Source of the DNA: a virus
Taxonomy: Duplodnaviria > Caudoviricetes
IMG/VR virus record: IMGVR_UViG_3300046733_000629
Reading direction: 5' to 3' (one strand)
Length of the DNA: 64,000 nucleotides
In this document: piece after piece, positions 9,400 through 18,180 of the stretch
Layout: each line of letters starts with the position of its first letter
Numbering within the stretch: the first letter of the stretch is position 1
The notes under the pieces: generated by a model
The model's database searches: none
The model's input: only the letters and a program-made list of their open reading frames with translations
Told to the model about the DNA's origin: nothing
Program-made: the position numbers and the translations under genes

Positions 9400-10550
9400 T
9401 GATGCGTTTATTAACAGTCGTATTTCTTGTATTAGCATATGCAGATATGTCAAATGCAAATGAGATAAAGTTTCCTGGTAAATTTTATACTACAGAACTT
9501 AATACTTGTTCTGCATTAAATAAAGATGATACATTTAGGAACATGTCAACAATTAAAACAGTAAAAGGATTAATAGGATATGATTGGTCAAAGTATCATA
9601 CAGAAACTGGCACTTCACTAACTGTCAATCATGCTGTCATTACTGTACCTATTAAGAAAATGCTGACTGCAACACATCATGCAATTTCTGATGATGATCA
9701 AATGGAAATTAAAATTGCTACAGAATTACTAGTAGAGATAGCAGAAGCCAATACACTATATAATAGTATAGGACCTGTTGAATTAAGAAGTAAGCCTAAG
9801 TGCTGGCAAAACAGTGATCCATCTGCACCATGTTGGTTTCATGAATATGAGTTTGCCGCTGGTGTATTTTCTAACTATATGATAAGTGCTATATGGTTAA
9901 AAGATGAATTATCAAAAGAACAACACAAGATTGTTGATAGGTACATTAAAAAAATGTATGATAAGTTTTTCAAACCATTTGAAATGAAACCACGTGGACC
10001 AGGAATATATCAAATGGCAAATGGTGGACTATCAACATTAATATATGCATCTTGGACAAATGATAAGAAACTTGCACTAAAGGAAATCAAATACAGACTA
10101 AAAGTATTTGATAAAAGAATATTTGATGATGGATACATTGACAATAATTCATTTAGAGGATACAGATCACAATGGTATCATTCTTATGGATTAAATATTA
10201 TTCTTGGATATGTATATATTGCTGATTTATGGGGTATAACAATATCAGACAAACTACAACAAAAGTTAGTTAAATCTTCTAACTTAGTAAACTTAGCAAT
10301 TACTGATAAAGTTAAGTTCAGATCACGTGCAAAAACATTTACTGGAAAAACTAGAAACGCAATCAAAGATAAAAATAAAGCTATTCCACATACACACCAA
10401 ATGGCTATAGCTATTGATACATTAATGTTAGAAGTAACAGATGTAGTAATGCTAGAAGATCCTCTATATTTGTCAAAAAGAAAGTGGCATACTGTAGATG
10501 GAATTGACGATTTGATAGGTTTTAACCCAAATTGTATCAAAAAAAATTAA
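9399..10550 (+). CDS. Secreted alginate-lyase-like protein
   Basis: Signal peptide; ANGGL and DDGYIDNNSFRGYRSQWYHSYGL resemble the N-[HN]-G and RG..xxxYHxYxL motifs of the PL5/PL17-type alginate lyase fold. Confidence 0.6.
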   Translation: MMRLLTVVFLVLAYADMSNANEIKFPGKFYTTELNTCSALNKDDTFRNMSTIKTVKGLIGYDWSKYHTETGTSLTVNHAVITVPIKKMLTATHHAISDDDQMEIKIATELLVEIAEANTLYNSIGPVELRSKPKCWQNSDPSAPCWFHEYEFAAGVFSNYMISAIWLKDELSKEQHKIVDRYIKKMYDKFFKPFEMKPRGPGIYQMANGGLSTLIYASWTNDKKLALKEIKYRLKVFDKRIFDDGYIDNNSFRGYRSQWYHSYGLNIILGYVYIADLWGITISDKLQQKLVKSSNLVNLAITDKVKFRSRAKTFTGKTRNAIKDKNKAIPHTHQMAIAIDTLMLEVTDVVMLEDPLYLSKRKWHTVDGIDDLIGFNPNCIKKN

Positions 10551-10558
10551 ATTAATTT

Positions 10559-10587
10559 AAAAACCCTTGTTTTATAAGGGTTTTTTT
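10559..10587 (+). terminator. Rho-independent terminator
   Basis: AAAAACCCTTGT-TTT-ATAAGGGTTTTT hairpin with U-tract after the 9399..10550 stop. Confidence 0.8.
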
Positions 10588-10610
10588 ATGACTTTTTTTA
10601 ACTTATCTGG

Positions 10611-10639
10611 TTGACAGGTAAGACGTCTTACTGTATACT
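10611..10639 (+). promoter_or_regulatory. sigma70 promoter containing perfect palindrome GTAAGACGTCTTAC
   Basis: TTGACA 10611-10616, 17 nt, TATACT 10634-10639; palindrome at 10618-10631. Confidence 0.8.
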
Positions 10640-10672
10640 GTAAGTATAGTTAATAAAAAAGGAGTTATAAAA

Positions 10673-10870
10673 ATGAATACACTTTTAAATACAATAGGCG
10701 GATTACTAATAGCAGTAGGATTAATGGCTATGGCTGGATCTGCAAATGATTGTGATGGTGCTTGTGTTGAAACTGCAAATTCAATAAGCGAAATGCTAAC
10801 AGTAATGATTATGGGTTTAACGTCAATGGGTATTGGCGGATATCTTTTGTTCATTACAAATAACAAATAG
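10673..10870 (+). CDS. Small two-TM membrane protein
   Basis: GGAG RBS; two hydrophobic helices flanking a CDGAC loop. Confidence 0.75.
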   Translation: MNTLLNTIGGLLIAVGLMAMAGSANDCDGACVETANSISEMLTVMIMGLTSMGIGGYLLFITNNK

Positions 10871-10873
10871 GGG

Positions 10874-10902
10874 TTGACAAACTAAGTAAGACGTATTACT
10901 AT
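10874..10902 (+). promoter_or_regulatory. sigma70 promoter with the same palindromic element
   Basis: TTGACA 10874-10879, 17 nt, TACTAT 10897-10902; GTAAGACGTATTAC at 10886-10899. Confidence 0.7.
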
Positions 10903-10958
10903 AGTATTATATGCCAAAAAAGAAACAAATTTTACCACTAGAAGAAGGAAACGAAAAT

Positions 10959-12083
10959 ATGCAAACTGCGATATCAGAAGCAAGAACTGTAAAAATTAGT
11001 GAAGCAACGACTCTCATTACACGAGCTTTTAAAAAGAAGCGTCCTGTGTTTTTATGGGGTCCTCCAGGAATTGGTAAGTCAGAGCTAGTACAAGGTATTG
11101 GCGATTCAGGTGCATTGGGTAAGACCCTTGTAATTGATATGCGTCTTGCATTATTTGAGCCAACTGATTTACGTGGCTACCCTGTACCAAATATGGAAAC
11201 AGGTGTTATGCAATGGTTACCACCAGCAGATTTGCCTAGTGCAGAAGTTGCCGCACAATACGATACAGTTATCGTATTCCTAGACGAGATGAACTCAGCG
11301 GCACCAAGTGTACAAGCCGCAGGTTACCAGTTAATTCTTAACAGACGTATTGGACAATATGTACTACCAGATAACGTTGTAATGATTGCCGCAGGTAATC
11401 GTGAGACAGATAAAGGTGTTACATACAGAATGCCTAAGCCACTTGAGAACAGGTTTGTTCATTTTGAACTACGTGTTGATTTCCAAGATTGGTTAAATTG
11501 GGCTGTTGAAAAACAAGTTAACCCAGATGTAGTTGGTTACTTGTCATTTGCTAAAGGCGATCTTTATAACTTTGATCCACAATCAAGTTCACGTGGATTT
11601 GCTACACCAAGGGCTTGGACATTTACTTCAGAACTACTTGAAGATGAAGAAGACTTGTCAGATAGCTTGCAGACTGATATGGTTGCAGGTTGTGTTGGTG
11701 AAGGTATTGCAGTTAAGTTTATGGCACACCGTAAGATTGCAGGCGACCTTCCTGTTCCAGAAGATGTACTAGATGCTAAAGTTAAAAAAGTTGCTAATAC
11801 TGAAGTATCAGCTATGTATGCACTAGCTACATCATTATGTTATGAACTACGTGATAGACATATTGCTGGTGAAAAAGCAGGTGCTGATTCTAAAGAAATG
11901 AAAAAGTACCACAAGAGCTTTAGTAACTTTATTGGGTTCATGATGGATAACATGGAAACTGAGATGGTTGTAATGGCATCACGTATTGCAATGCAACAGT
12001 ACAAGTTGGTACCTAAGCAAAAAGAAATTGAACGTTTTGATGAATACTTTGGTCGTTATGGTAGACTCGTACTTGACGCCTAA
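10959..12083 (+). CDS. MoxR-like AAA+ ATPase
   Basis: Walker A GPPGIGKS, Walker B VFLDEMN, AAGNR, NRFVH; ATG 10959 preferred over 10911. Confidence 0.88.
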   Translation: MQTAISEARTVKISEATTLITRAFKKKRPVFLWGPPGIGKSELVQGIGDSGALGKTLVIDMRLALFEPTDLRGYPVPNMETGVMQWLPPADLPSAEVAAQYDTVIVFLDEMNSAAPSVQAAGYQLILNRRIGQYVLPDNVVMIAAGNRETDKGVTYRMPKPLENRFVHFELRVDFQDWLNWAVEKQVNPDVVGYLSFAKGDLYNFDPQSSSRGFATPRAWTFTSELLEDEEDLSDSLQTDMVAGCVGEGIAVKFMAHRKIAGDLPVPEDVLDAKVKKVANTEVSAMYALATSLCYELRDRHIAGEKAGADSKEMKKYHKSFSNFIGFMMDNMETEMVVMASRIAMQQYKLVPKQKEIERFDEYFGRYGRLVLDA

Positions 12084-12393
12084 ATTAAAAGAGGGAGAGA
12101 CAGTAGACCTCTCCCTTTATTCACCCCGAGAACGTACTAACATTCGTTTATACGGATTAGACTTTAAAGATTTTACACCACAAATGTTACATGAATACAA
12201 ACGTAAATGGGCACCAAATTGTGAGACAGTTACTATTAGAGGACAGTATTCAAAAGCCCAGAAATGGTGTAGAACACACTGTTTCCACCAAGATTTTGAA
12301 ATACAAAAATATGCAAATCCAGACGATAGTCATAGTGTTCACTTTAAAAATGCTGAAGAAGCTATGCTTTTTAGACTGTCGTTTACAGGTTGA
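12073..12393 (+). CDS. Hypothetical protein (start uncertain)
   Basis: Non-overlapping part of ORF 11986..12393; TTG at 12073 is the first plausible start. Confidence 0.55.
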   Translation: MTPKLKEGETVDLSLYSPRERTNIRLYGLDFKDFTPQMLHEYKRKWAPNCETVTIRGQYSKAQKWCRTHCFHQDFEIQKYANPDDSHSVHFKNAEEAMLFRLSFTG

Positions 12394-12418
12394 CAGTTAT
12401 AGTGTTTTATAGTATTAT
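12390..12418 (+). promoter_or_regulatory. sigma70-type promoter
   Basis: TTGACA 12390-12395, 17 nt, TATTAT 12413-12418. Confidence 0.7.
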
Positions 12419-12448
12419 AGTAATATAGTTAGAAATAAGGACGGTATA

Positions 12449-13621
12449 ATGATAAAAACTGCGGAAGAAAGAATTACACAGTCTAGGGTTAGGTTGCTAT
12501 TAACTAAGCCTTTCTTTGGACAACTGGCTGTTCGTTTAAAAATAGAAGATGCTAGTTCATGGATACCTACTGCCGCTACATGCGGTCGTAAGTTTATGTT
12601 TAATAGAGAGTTTGTAGACAGTTTATCAGATGATATGTTAGACTTTCTTGTAGGACATGAAGTGTTGCATTGTGTATTTGATCATATGCAAGCACGTGGA
12701 GACCGTGAACCGCAATTGTATAATGCGGCGGCTGATTACAATATTAATATGACACTAGTTGAACAAAACATTGGTAAGCCAATTTCAGAAGATAAACTAG
12801 GTGGCGGTAAGATATGCTTAGATTGGAAATACCAAGGTTGGAACAGTTATGAGATTTATGACGATTTGTTTGAAAATCGTAAAGATGCTAAAGGCATGGA
12901 TGTACACTTAGAAGAAGGTACAGAAGCAGGTGAAGATAAAGATGGTAAATCTACACCAGTTATGACAGAAGCAGAAAAGAAAGAATTAGCAGACGAAATT
13001 AAACAAGCTACAATACAAGCGGCACAGAGTGCAGGACAAGGTGTACCAGAAGCTATTAAGCGAATGATTAATGAACTTGTTGCTCCTAAAATGGATTGGA
13101 GAGATGTACTAAGAACACAATTAGAAAGTTCTATTAAAAATGATTTTACTTTTATGCGTCCAAGTAAACGAAGTGGTGATGTTTTATTTCCAGGCATGAA
13201 CAAAGATGAGATGTTGAATATTGCAGTTGCACTTGATACATCAGGTAGTATTAGTCAAGATATGTTACGTGACTTTTTAAGTGAAGTACAAGGCATTATG
13301 GATCAATACCAAAGTTACAAAGTACACATCTTTCAATTTGATACAGGTGTATACGGTGTAGAAGAATTTACCAGCGATGATGGTAGAACAATGGCAGACT
13401 ATGAACTAAAAGGTGGTGGCGGAACTGACTTTGATGTAGTATTTAATTACATGGAACAATACAATATTGAACCAGATCAATTAGTTATGTTCACAGATGG
13501 TTACCCTTGGGGTTCATGGGGCAATGCAGATTACTGTGATACATTATTTTGTATACACGGTGACAAAGAAAGAAGAATTACTGCACCATTTGGTGTAACA
13601 GTACATTATGAGGCGGCATAA
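12449..13621 (+). CDS. DUF2201-type metallopeptidase + VWA domain protein (MoxR partner)
   Basis: HEVLH zinc motif; MIDAS DTSGSI; GGGGTDF; FTDGY. Confidence 0.88.
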   Translation: MIKTAEERITQSRVRLLLTKPFFGQLAVRLKIEDASSWIPTAATCGRKFMFNREFVDSLSDDMLDFLVGHEVLHCVFDHMQARGDREPQLYNAAADYNINMTLVEQNIGKPISEDKLGGGKICLDWKYQGWNSYEIYDDLFENRKDAKGMDVHLEEGTEAGEDKDGKSTPVMTEAEKKELADEIKQATIQAAQSAGQGVPEAIKRMINELVAPKMDWRDVLRTQLESSIKNDFTFMRPSKRSGDVLFPGMNKDEMLNIAVALDTSGSISQDMLRDFLSEVQGIMDQYQSYKVHIFQFDTGVYGVEEFTSDDGRTMADYELKGGGGTDFDVVFNYMEQYNIEPDQLVMFTDGYPWGSWGNADYCDTLFCIHGDKERRITAPFGVTVHYEAA

Positions 13622-13628
13622 AAATAAG

Positions 13629-13931
13629 ATGAAAAATCAAATTAAAATTGTAAACAATGGCGGAAGCCTAAGTGAGACAGACTTGCAATTAATGCAAGGC
13701 ACAGAATTAGTAGTACAGATGATGAGAAATAGAATCATTGTCGTTACTAATAACAATGATATAGCATGGCAAGATCTGATGACAGATGTTAACGGGTTGT
13801 ATCATATTAGACATTTAGATAAGTCTAAGCAAATTTATCAACTATGGTTTGAGCTTGAAGTAGATATTAAGCAATTTGAGCGAAACCTTTATGTAAGCAA
13901 ATTAAGTAATACCGCACACGAGCCGGCATAA
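13629..13931 (+). CDS. Hypothetical protein
   Basis: ORF 13608..13931; second ATG avoids overlap. Confidence 0.6.
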   Translation: MKNQIKIVNNGGSLSETDLQLMQGTELVVQMMRNRIIVVTNNNDIAWQDLMTDVNGLYHIRHLDKSKQIYQLWFELEVDIKQFERNLYVSKLSNTAHEPA

Positions 13932-13974
13932 ATAAACATAGTAGTTAATTAATAACTCAATAGGAGAATATAAC

Positions 13975-14205
13975 ATGGCTAAAGAAGAAGCTAAAAATAC
14001 TGAAGTTGCATTGTCAATTCAAGACATTGTTCTTTCAGCTAACATTATTGATCTCGCTACACAACGTGGAGCCTTTAAAGCGGCAGAAGCAGGTCAAGTT
14101 GGTGCATGTTTTGAAAAGCTAGTTGCTTTTATCAAAGCTAATACACCAGAATCAGAAGAAAATAAAGAGGCGACAGCAACTAAAGCTGAGTCTCCAAAGG
14201 AGTAA
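13975..14205 (+). CDS. Small hypothetical phage protein
   Basis: AGGAG RBS; ATAAATA at 13928-13934 upstream. Confidence 0.75.
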   Translation: MAKEEAKNTEVALSIQDIVLSANIIDLATQRGAFKAAEAGQVGACFEKLVAFIKANTPESEENKEATATKAESPKE

Positions 14206-14209
14206 ACTT

Positions 14210-14845
14210 ATGTCATCAATGAATACTAAACATGTTGGAAAACTATCCAACACAGGAAAAAAATGTGTAGTTGTCTTTAGAGAACTACCAGACGATCCTA
14301 GCAATTGTCTAGTTGTAGATACGGATGCACTTCCAGATTGGATGCATGATGATATCATTAATGCAGTAGAAGCACCAGGTGCTCAAGCATCACATAACTT
14401 CTACGAGTATGCAGAACGTACTGTTCTTTCAGATGGTACTAACATGCTACAATCTCTTCATTCAACAGGTAAGCTACAAAAACAGCCTACAAATAATGTT
14501 GTACTAACACCTAACAACGAAGTTGCAGTAGGTCTTGAAGAAATTAATAAACTTGTTAGAGAGCAAACTGATGGTAAAGACGTAGTAGCACCACCAGCAG
14601 ACGAACGTCCAATGGTAGGTAAAGATACTACATCAGCTGAAGCACCAGTTATTACTGAAGCATCAGCACCAACATCAACACCAGATACACTTGACCCAGA
14701 TACTATGGCCAAGAATCTATTAGCTCAAGCTAAAACGTTTGAACAAGAAGCGAAAAACCTAAAGTCGCAAGCATACGAAATGGCTCCAGGTTTAAAACCA
14801 GGACCAAAAAAAGCTAGTAAAAAAGAAGCTATAGCTTCAGAGTAA
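14210..14845 (+). CDS. Hypothetical protein with low-complexity C-terminal linker
   Basis: AGGAG RBS 14198-14202 before ATG 14210. Confidence 0.75.
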   Translation: MSSMNTKHVGKLSNTGKKCVVVFRELPDDPSNCLVVDTDALPDWMHDDIINAVEAPGAQASHNFYEYAERTVLSDGTNMLQSLHSTGKLQKQPTNNVVLTPNNEVAVGLEEINKLVREQTDGKDVVAPPADERPMVGKDTTSAEAPVITEASAPTSTPDTLDPDTMAKNLLAQAKTFEQEAKNLKSQAYEMAPGLKPGPKKASKKEAIASE

Positions 14846-14859
14846 AGTAAGGGGCTATA

Positions 14860-15153
14860 ATGCCAATTGAGAGAAAAGACAGGTCCTTCGATCTGATCTT
14901 TGATCAAGTATCAATGGACCATATTCCGGCTGAATACATAAAGGAGATTATGGTTGATTTAGGTACTGGAGAAAGGATCACGTTGACTAAAGATGATTTA
15001 TTAATGATTAAAAATAAGTCAGCAGATGATATCATTGCCGCACTAACGGTTGACTCAATGTCTAACATTAGTTTGAAGCTTGACTATAGTGCAATTAAAT
15101 CTGATGTACTACGTGGAGTGACAGGATTTTTAGGACAACATTTTGACAAATAG
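14860..15153 (+). CDS. Hypothetical protein
   Basis: 97 aa ORF with GGGG RBS. Confidence 0.65.
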   Translation: MPIERKDRSFDLIFDQVSMDHIPAEYIKEIMVDLGTGERITLTKDDLLMIKNKSADDIIAALTVDSMSNISLKLDYSAIKSDVLRGVTGFLGQHFDK

Positions 15154-15817
15154 TAATAGTAATATCTGGCTATGCGGTATACCAGGATCTAGATGGAGCG
15201 GAATTGATATACAATTGCGTTCTGTCTTACCTTCTGATCGTTCAGATGAAACACCAGATAGAACACAATACCACAGAGCGTTTGATCCAAATGACCCTAA
15301 CAATGGGCATCGTGGTAGCTATTGGGGCCCTGGTATGGGCTGTGGCGAAGACTGGGTAGACTTTAACTTTTTAACAAAACATAAATTACAAGACGATATC
15401 AACAATGTATTTTCTGGAGAAGGTTATCGTATTATTAAAAGTCATTTCTTTGCAAGGCATTTTAACTTAGATTTTATATGGAATAACTTTCCAGGTGATA
15501 AAATCATACTAGTTTATAGAGAACCACAAAAAAGTTTTGCTTGGTGGAGTGAAGTTATGTGCTTTGATGAAACACATTATCCAGATTACCGTCCAGGCTA
15601 TAAAAACTACGATAGAATGTGGGAAATACTATGGCAAGAAAGTTCTAAGATTACAGACTTTGCACTTAGAAAGAATTTAAATTTCCACACCTTTGATCTT
15701 AATCTATTTAACGAATGGGAAGGATTTGACTTTGACACCGCACAACATTTCAATGGGATAAATACTGATAAGCATAAAGATGTTTATATAGCATCTGCTA
15801 CAATCCCGGAGAAGTAA
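15143..15817 (+). CDS. Sulfotransferase-fold (P-loop-like) protein
   Basis: N-terminal CGIPGSRWS loop, IIKSH and KIILVYREP resemble the 5'-PSB, KxH and 3'-PB motifs of sulfotransferases. Confidence 0.5.
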   Translation: MTNSNSNIWLCGIPGSRWSGIDIQLRSVLPSDRSDETPDRTQYHRAFDPNDPNNGHRGSYWGPGMGCGEDWVDFNFLTKHKLQDDINNVFSGEGYRIIKSHFFARHFNLDFIWNNFPGDKIILVYREPQKSFAWWSEVMCFDETHYPDYRPGYKNYDRMWEILWQESSKITDFALRKNLNFHTFDLNLFNEWEGFDFDTAQHFNGINTDKHKDVYIASATIPEK

Positions 15818-16522
15818 ATGACATCACCCTTTAAAACGCCTTGGCACTTTGACAAATTTAGAAAAGATGAAGAAGGCGAATACGTAAAGATTGTAGGAAT
15901 CTTAGATGTAGATACAGTTTCAGACATTGTTAAGGCTCGTAGCAAGACTATGCAAAATCAACCTTACAATGAACAAAGATATGAACATGCCGCTAATAAG
16001 AAAAGCGATAATCATATTGAAGAAGATAAAGAAAACCCAGATGGCAAACCAGATGCTACAATGTTTAGAAAAATAAACTTTGATAAGTATCCAGGAGAGT
16101 TTCCACAATTCACAAAAATAGTAGACTTTTTAGCATTTGATACAAGTGAAAAATTAACTTGTAAATTTAATGATCAATATCCTAATGACCAGCTGATGTG
16201 GCATATTGATAATTTACCAGGTAACCCACGTATGGATCGTGTTATTGGCAATCCAGAATTTAAGAAAGCAAGTGGGAATAAAATTAGATTTTTAATTACA
16301 TTAGAAGATTGGGAACCTGGACAGGTATTTCAGTTTGGTAATAGAGTATACACACAATGGAAAGCTGGTACAATATTTACATGGGAATGGAGTACACTAC
16401 CTCACCTAACATGGAATGGTAGTTGGACTAAAAGACCATGCTTACAATTAACAGGAACTGCAACAGACAAGACTTGGGAAATAGTAAGAAACGGATCAGC
16501 TGATCACACATACAAATTTTAA
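15818..16522 (+). CDS. Fe(II)/2OG oxygenase-like (cupin) protein
   Basis: MWHIDN (HxD), LPHLTWN (distal H), RPCLQLTG. Confidence 0.65.
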   Translation: MTSPFKTPWHFDKFRKDEEGEYVKIVGILDVDTVSDIVKARSKTMQNQPYNEQRYEHAANKKSDNHIEEDKENPDGKPDATMFRKINFDKYPGEFPQFTKIVDFLAFDTSEKLTCKFNDQYPNDQLMWHIDNLPGNPRMDRVIGNPEFKKASGNKIRFLITLEDWEPGQVFQFGNRVYTQWKAGTIFTWEWSTLPHLTWNGSWTKRPCLQLTGTATDKTWEIVRNGSADHTYKF

Positions 16523-16552
16523 TGCAGATAAATAACATTATAAGGAATAAAC

Positions 16553-17977
16553 ATGGCAGATAATAAACTACCAAGCGATACTTTTTGTATCCTACCTTGG
16601 ATTCACCTTTCAACAAGACCAGACGGCAGTATGCGTGTATGTTGTACGGCTAACGCATCAAGTGTTGGAGCAACCAACGACAAAGAACATGGCGGCAGAG
16701 TTGGTATTGTTAGAACAGAAGATGGAAGACCAGCAAACTTAAATAACAGCGATCTAAATAGTTCGTGGAATAATAGCTATATGAGAAGTGTCAGACAAAT
16801 GATGCTTAAAGGCGATAAGCCTGCTAGTTGTTTAAAATGTTATAAAGAAGAAGATGCAGGACACAGATCAAAAAGACAATGGGAAACAGATTACTGGATT
16901 AAAGACGGTATTGATGTAGAACAATTAGTAAAGGAAACTTACGAAGATGGAAGTACTGATAGTAAATTACGGTATATTGATATCCGTATGGGGACGAAAT
17001 GTCAGTTGGGGTGCGTTATGTGTTCTCCACATGATAGTTCCGGCTGGGTAAAAGATTGGAATAAATTATATCCACAAATTACAAACGAGTCATTAAAAGA
17101 AACTATGACTTGGGAAAACAAAGGTAAAGAATTTGGTGCTAGTTATAATTGGCACAAAGACAATCCTGTATTTTGGGAACAATTTTATGCACAGATTCCA
17201 TATATTAGACAATTATATTTTGCTGGTGGTGAATCAACTGTTATTGAAGAACATTACGATATCTTAGATAAAGTTATTGAAATGGGATATGCACATCAAA
17301 TCGAAGTGCGTTATAATAGTAATGGTATTGAAATTCCAGATAGACTATTAGAGCAGTGGAAACATTTTCAAAAAGTAAGATTCCATTATAGTGTAGATAG
17401 CATTGAAGGTATGAATGATTATATTAGATACCCAAGTGAATGGGAACATAATCTAAAACAGTTTGAACTACTAGATACTAGAACAAGTAATAATGTAGAA
17501 ATTACTATTGCTTGTGCAGTTAATGCATTAAACATTCATTATATTCCAGACTTCCTTAAATGGAAACTACAACATGGATTTAAGAAAACAAACATGTGGC
17601 CTTTTGGTGCAGGTGGTATTAACTATCATTTTGTATATTGGCCAGGACACTTAAATGTTAAAGTGCTACCAGATGAATTCCTAGATAAGACTGAAGCTAA
17701 GTACGAAGAATTTATTGAATGGTGGAAAGAAAATTGGGAACTAGGTGTTCCTAGTTGGCACAAAGGCAAAGTATCATACGAGAAATGGCTAGATGCTAGT
17801 TACGGAATTAAACGACTCAGAGGCATGATTAGTTTTGCCCGTAGTGAAGATTGGAGCAGAAGACTTCCTGAATTCAGAGAATACATTAATAAATTAGATG
17901 AATTAAGAGGCACAGACTTCCGTGCTACCTTCCCTGAAATGGCATATCTTCTCGATGAGCCAGATGAAAAGCTATAG
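16553..17977 (+). CDS. Radical SAM protein with N-terminal twitch-type domain
   Basis: FCILPW..MRVCC..CLKC at N-terminus; CQLGCVMC; FAGGE. ATAAATA at 16528-16534 upstream. Confidence 0.92.
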   Translation: MADNKLPSDTFCILPWIHLSTRPDGSMRVCCTANASSVGATNDKEHGGRVGIVRTEDGRPANLNNSDLNSSWNNSYMRSVRQMMLKGDKPASCLKCYKEEDAGHRSKRQWETDYWIKDGIDVEQLVKETYEDGSTDSKLRYIDIRMGTKCQLGCVMCSPHDSSGWVKDWNKLYPQITNESLKETMTWENKGKEFGASYNWHKDNPVFWEQFYAQIPYIRQLYFAGGESTVIEEHYDILDKVIEMGYAHQIEVRYNSNGIEIPDRLLEQWKHFQKVRFHYSVDSIEGMNDYIRYPSEWEHNLKQFELLDTRTSNNVEITIACAVNALNIHYIPDFLKWKLQHGFKKTNMWPFGAGGINYHFVYWPGHLNVKVLPDEFLDKTEAKYEEFIEWWKENWELGVPSWHKGKVSYEKWLDASYGIKRLRGMISFARSEDWSRRLPEFREYINKLDELRGTDFRATFPEMAYLLDEPDEKL

Positions 17978-18176
17978 CAATATAATACCAAACGTATCCT
18001 GGAAAGAAGTAAACTTTTTGTTCTTTTGTGTTAAAGGACATTTAATTCCAACAGAATATACAAACGAAGATATTAGAAGTATGTACGATAGTTACTTTAA
18101 AAGACTATGGGGCAACAACGAAAGAATGATTTATTGCAGAGATGAGTTTGAAGAATTATGGGGTATGAAAAACTAA
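17964..18176 (+). CDS. Small hypothetical protein
   Basis: Part of ORF 17922..18176; fills the gap between two rSAM genes. Confidence 0.55.
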   Translation: MKSYSNIIPNVSWKEVNFLFFCVKGHLIPTEYTNEDIRSMYDSYFKRLWGNNERMIYCRDEFEELWGMKN

Positions 18177-18180
18177 ACAT

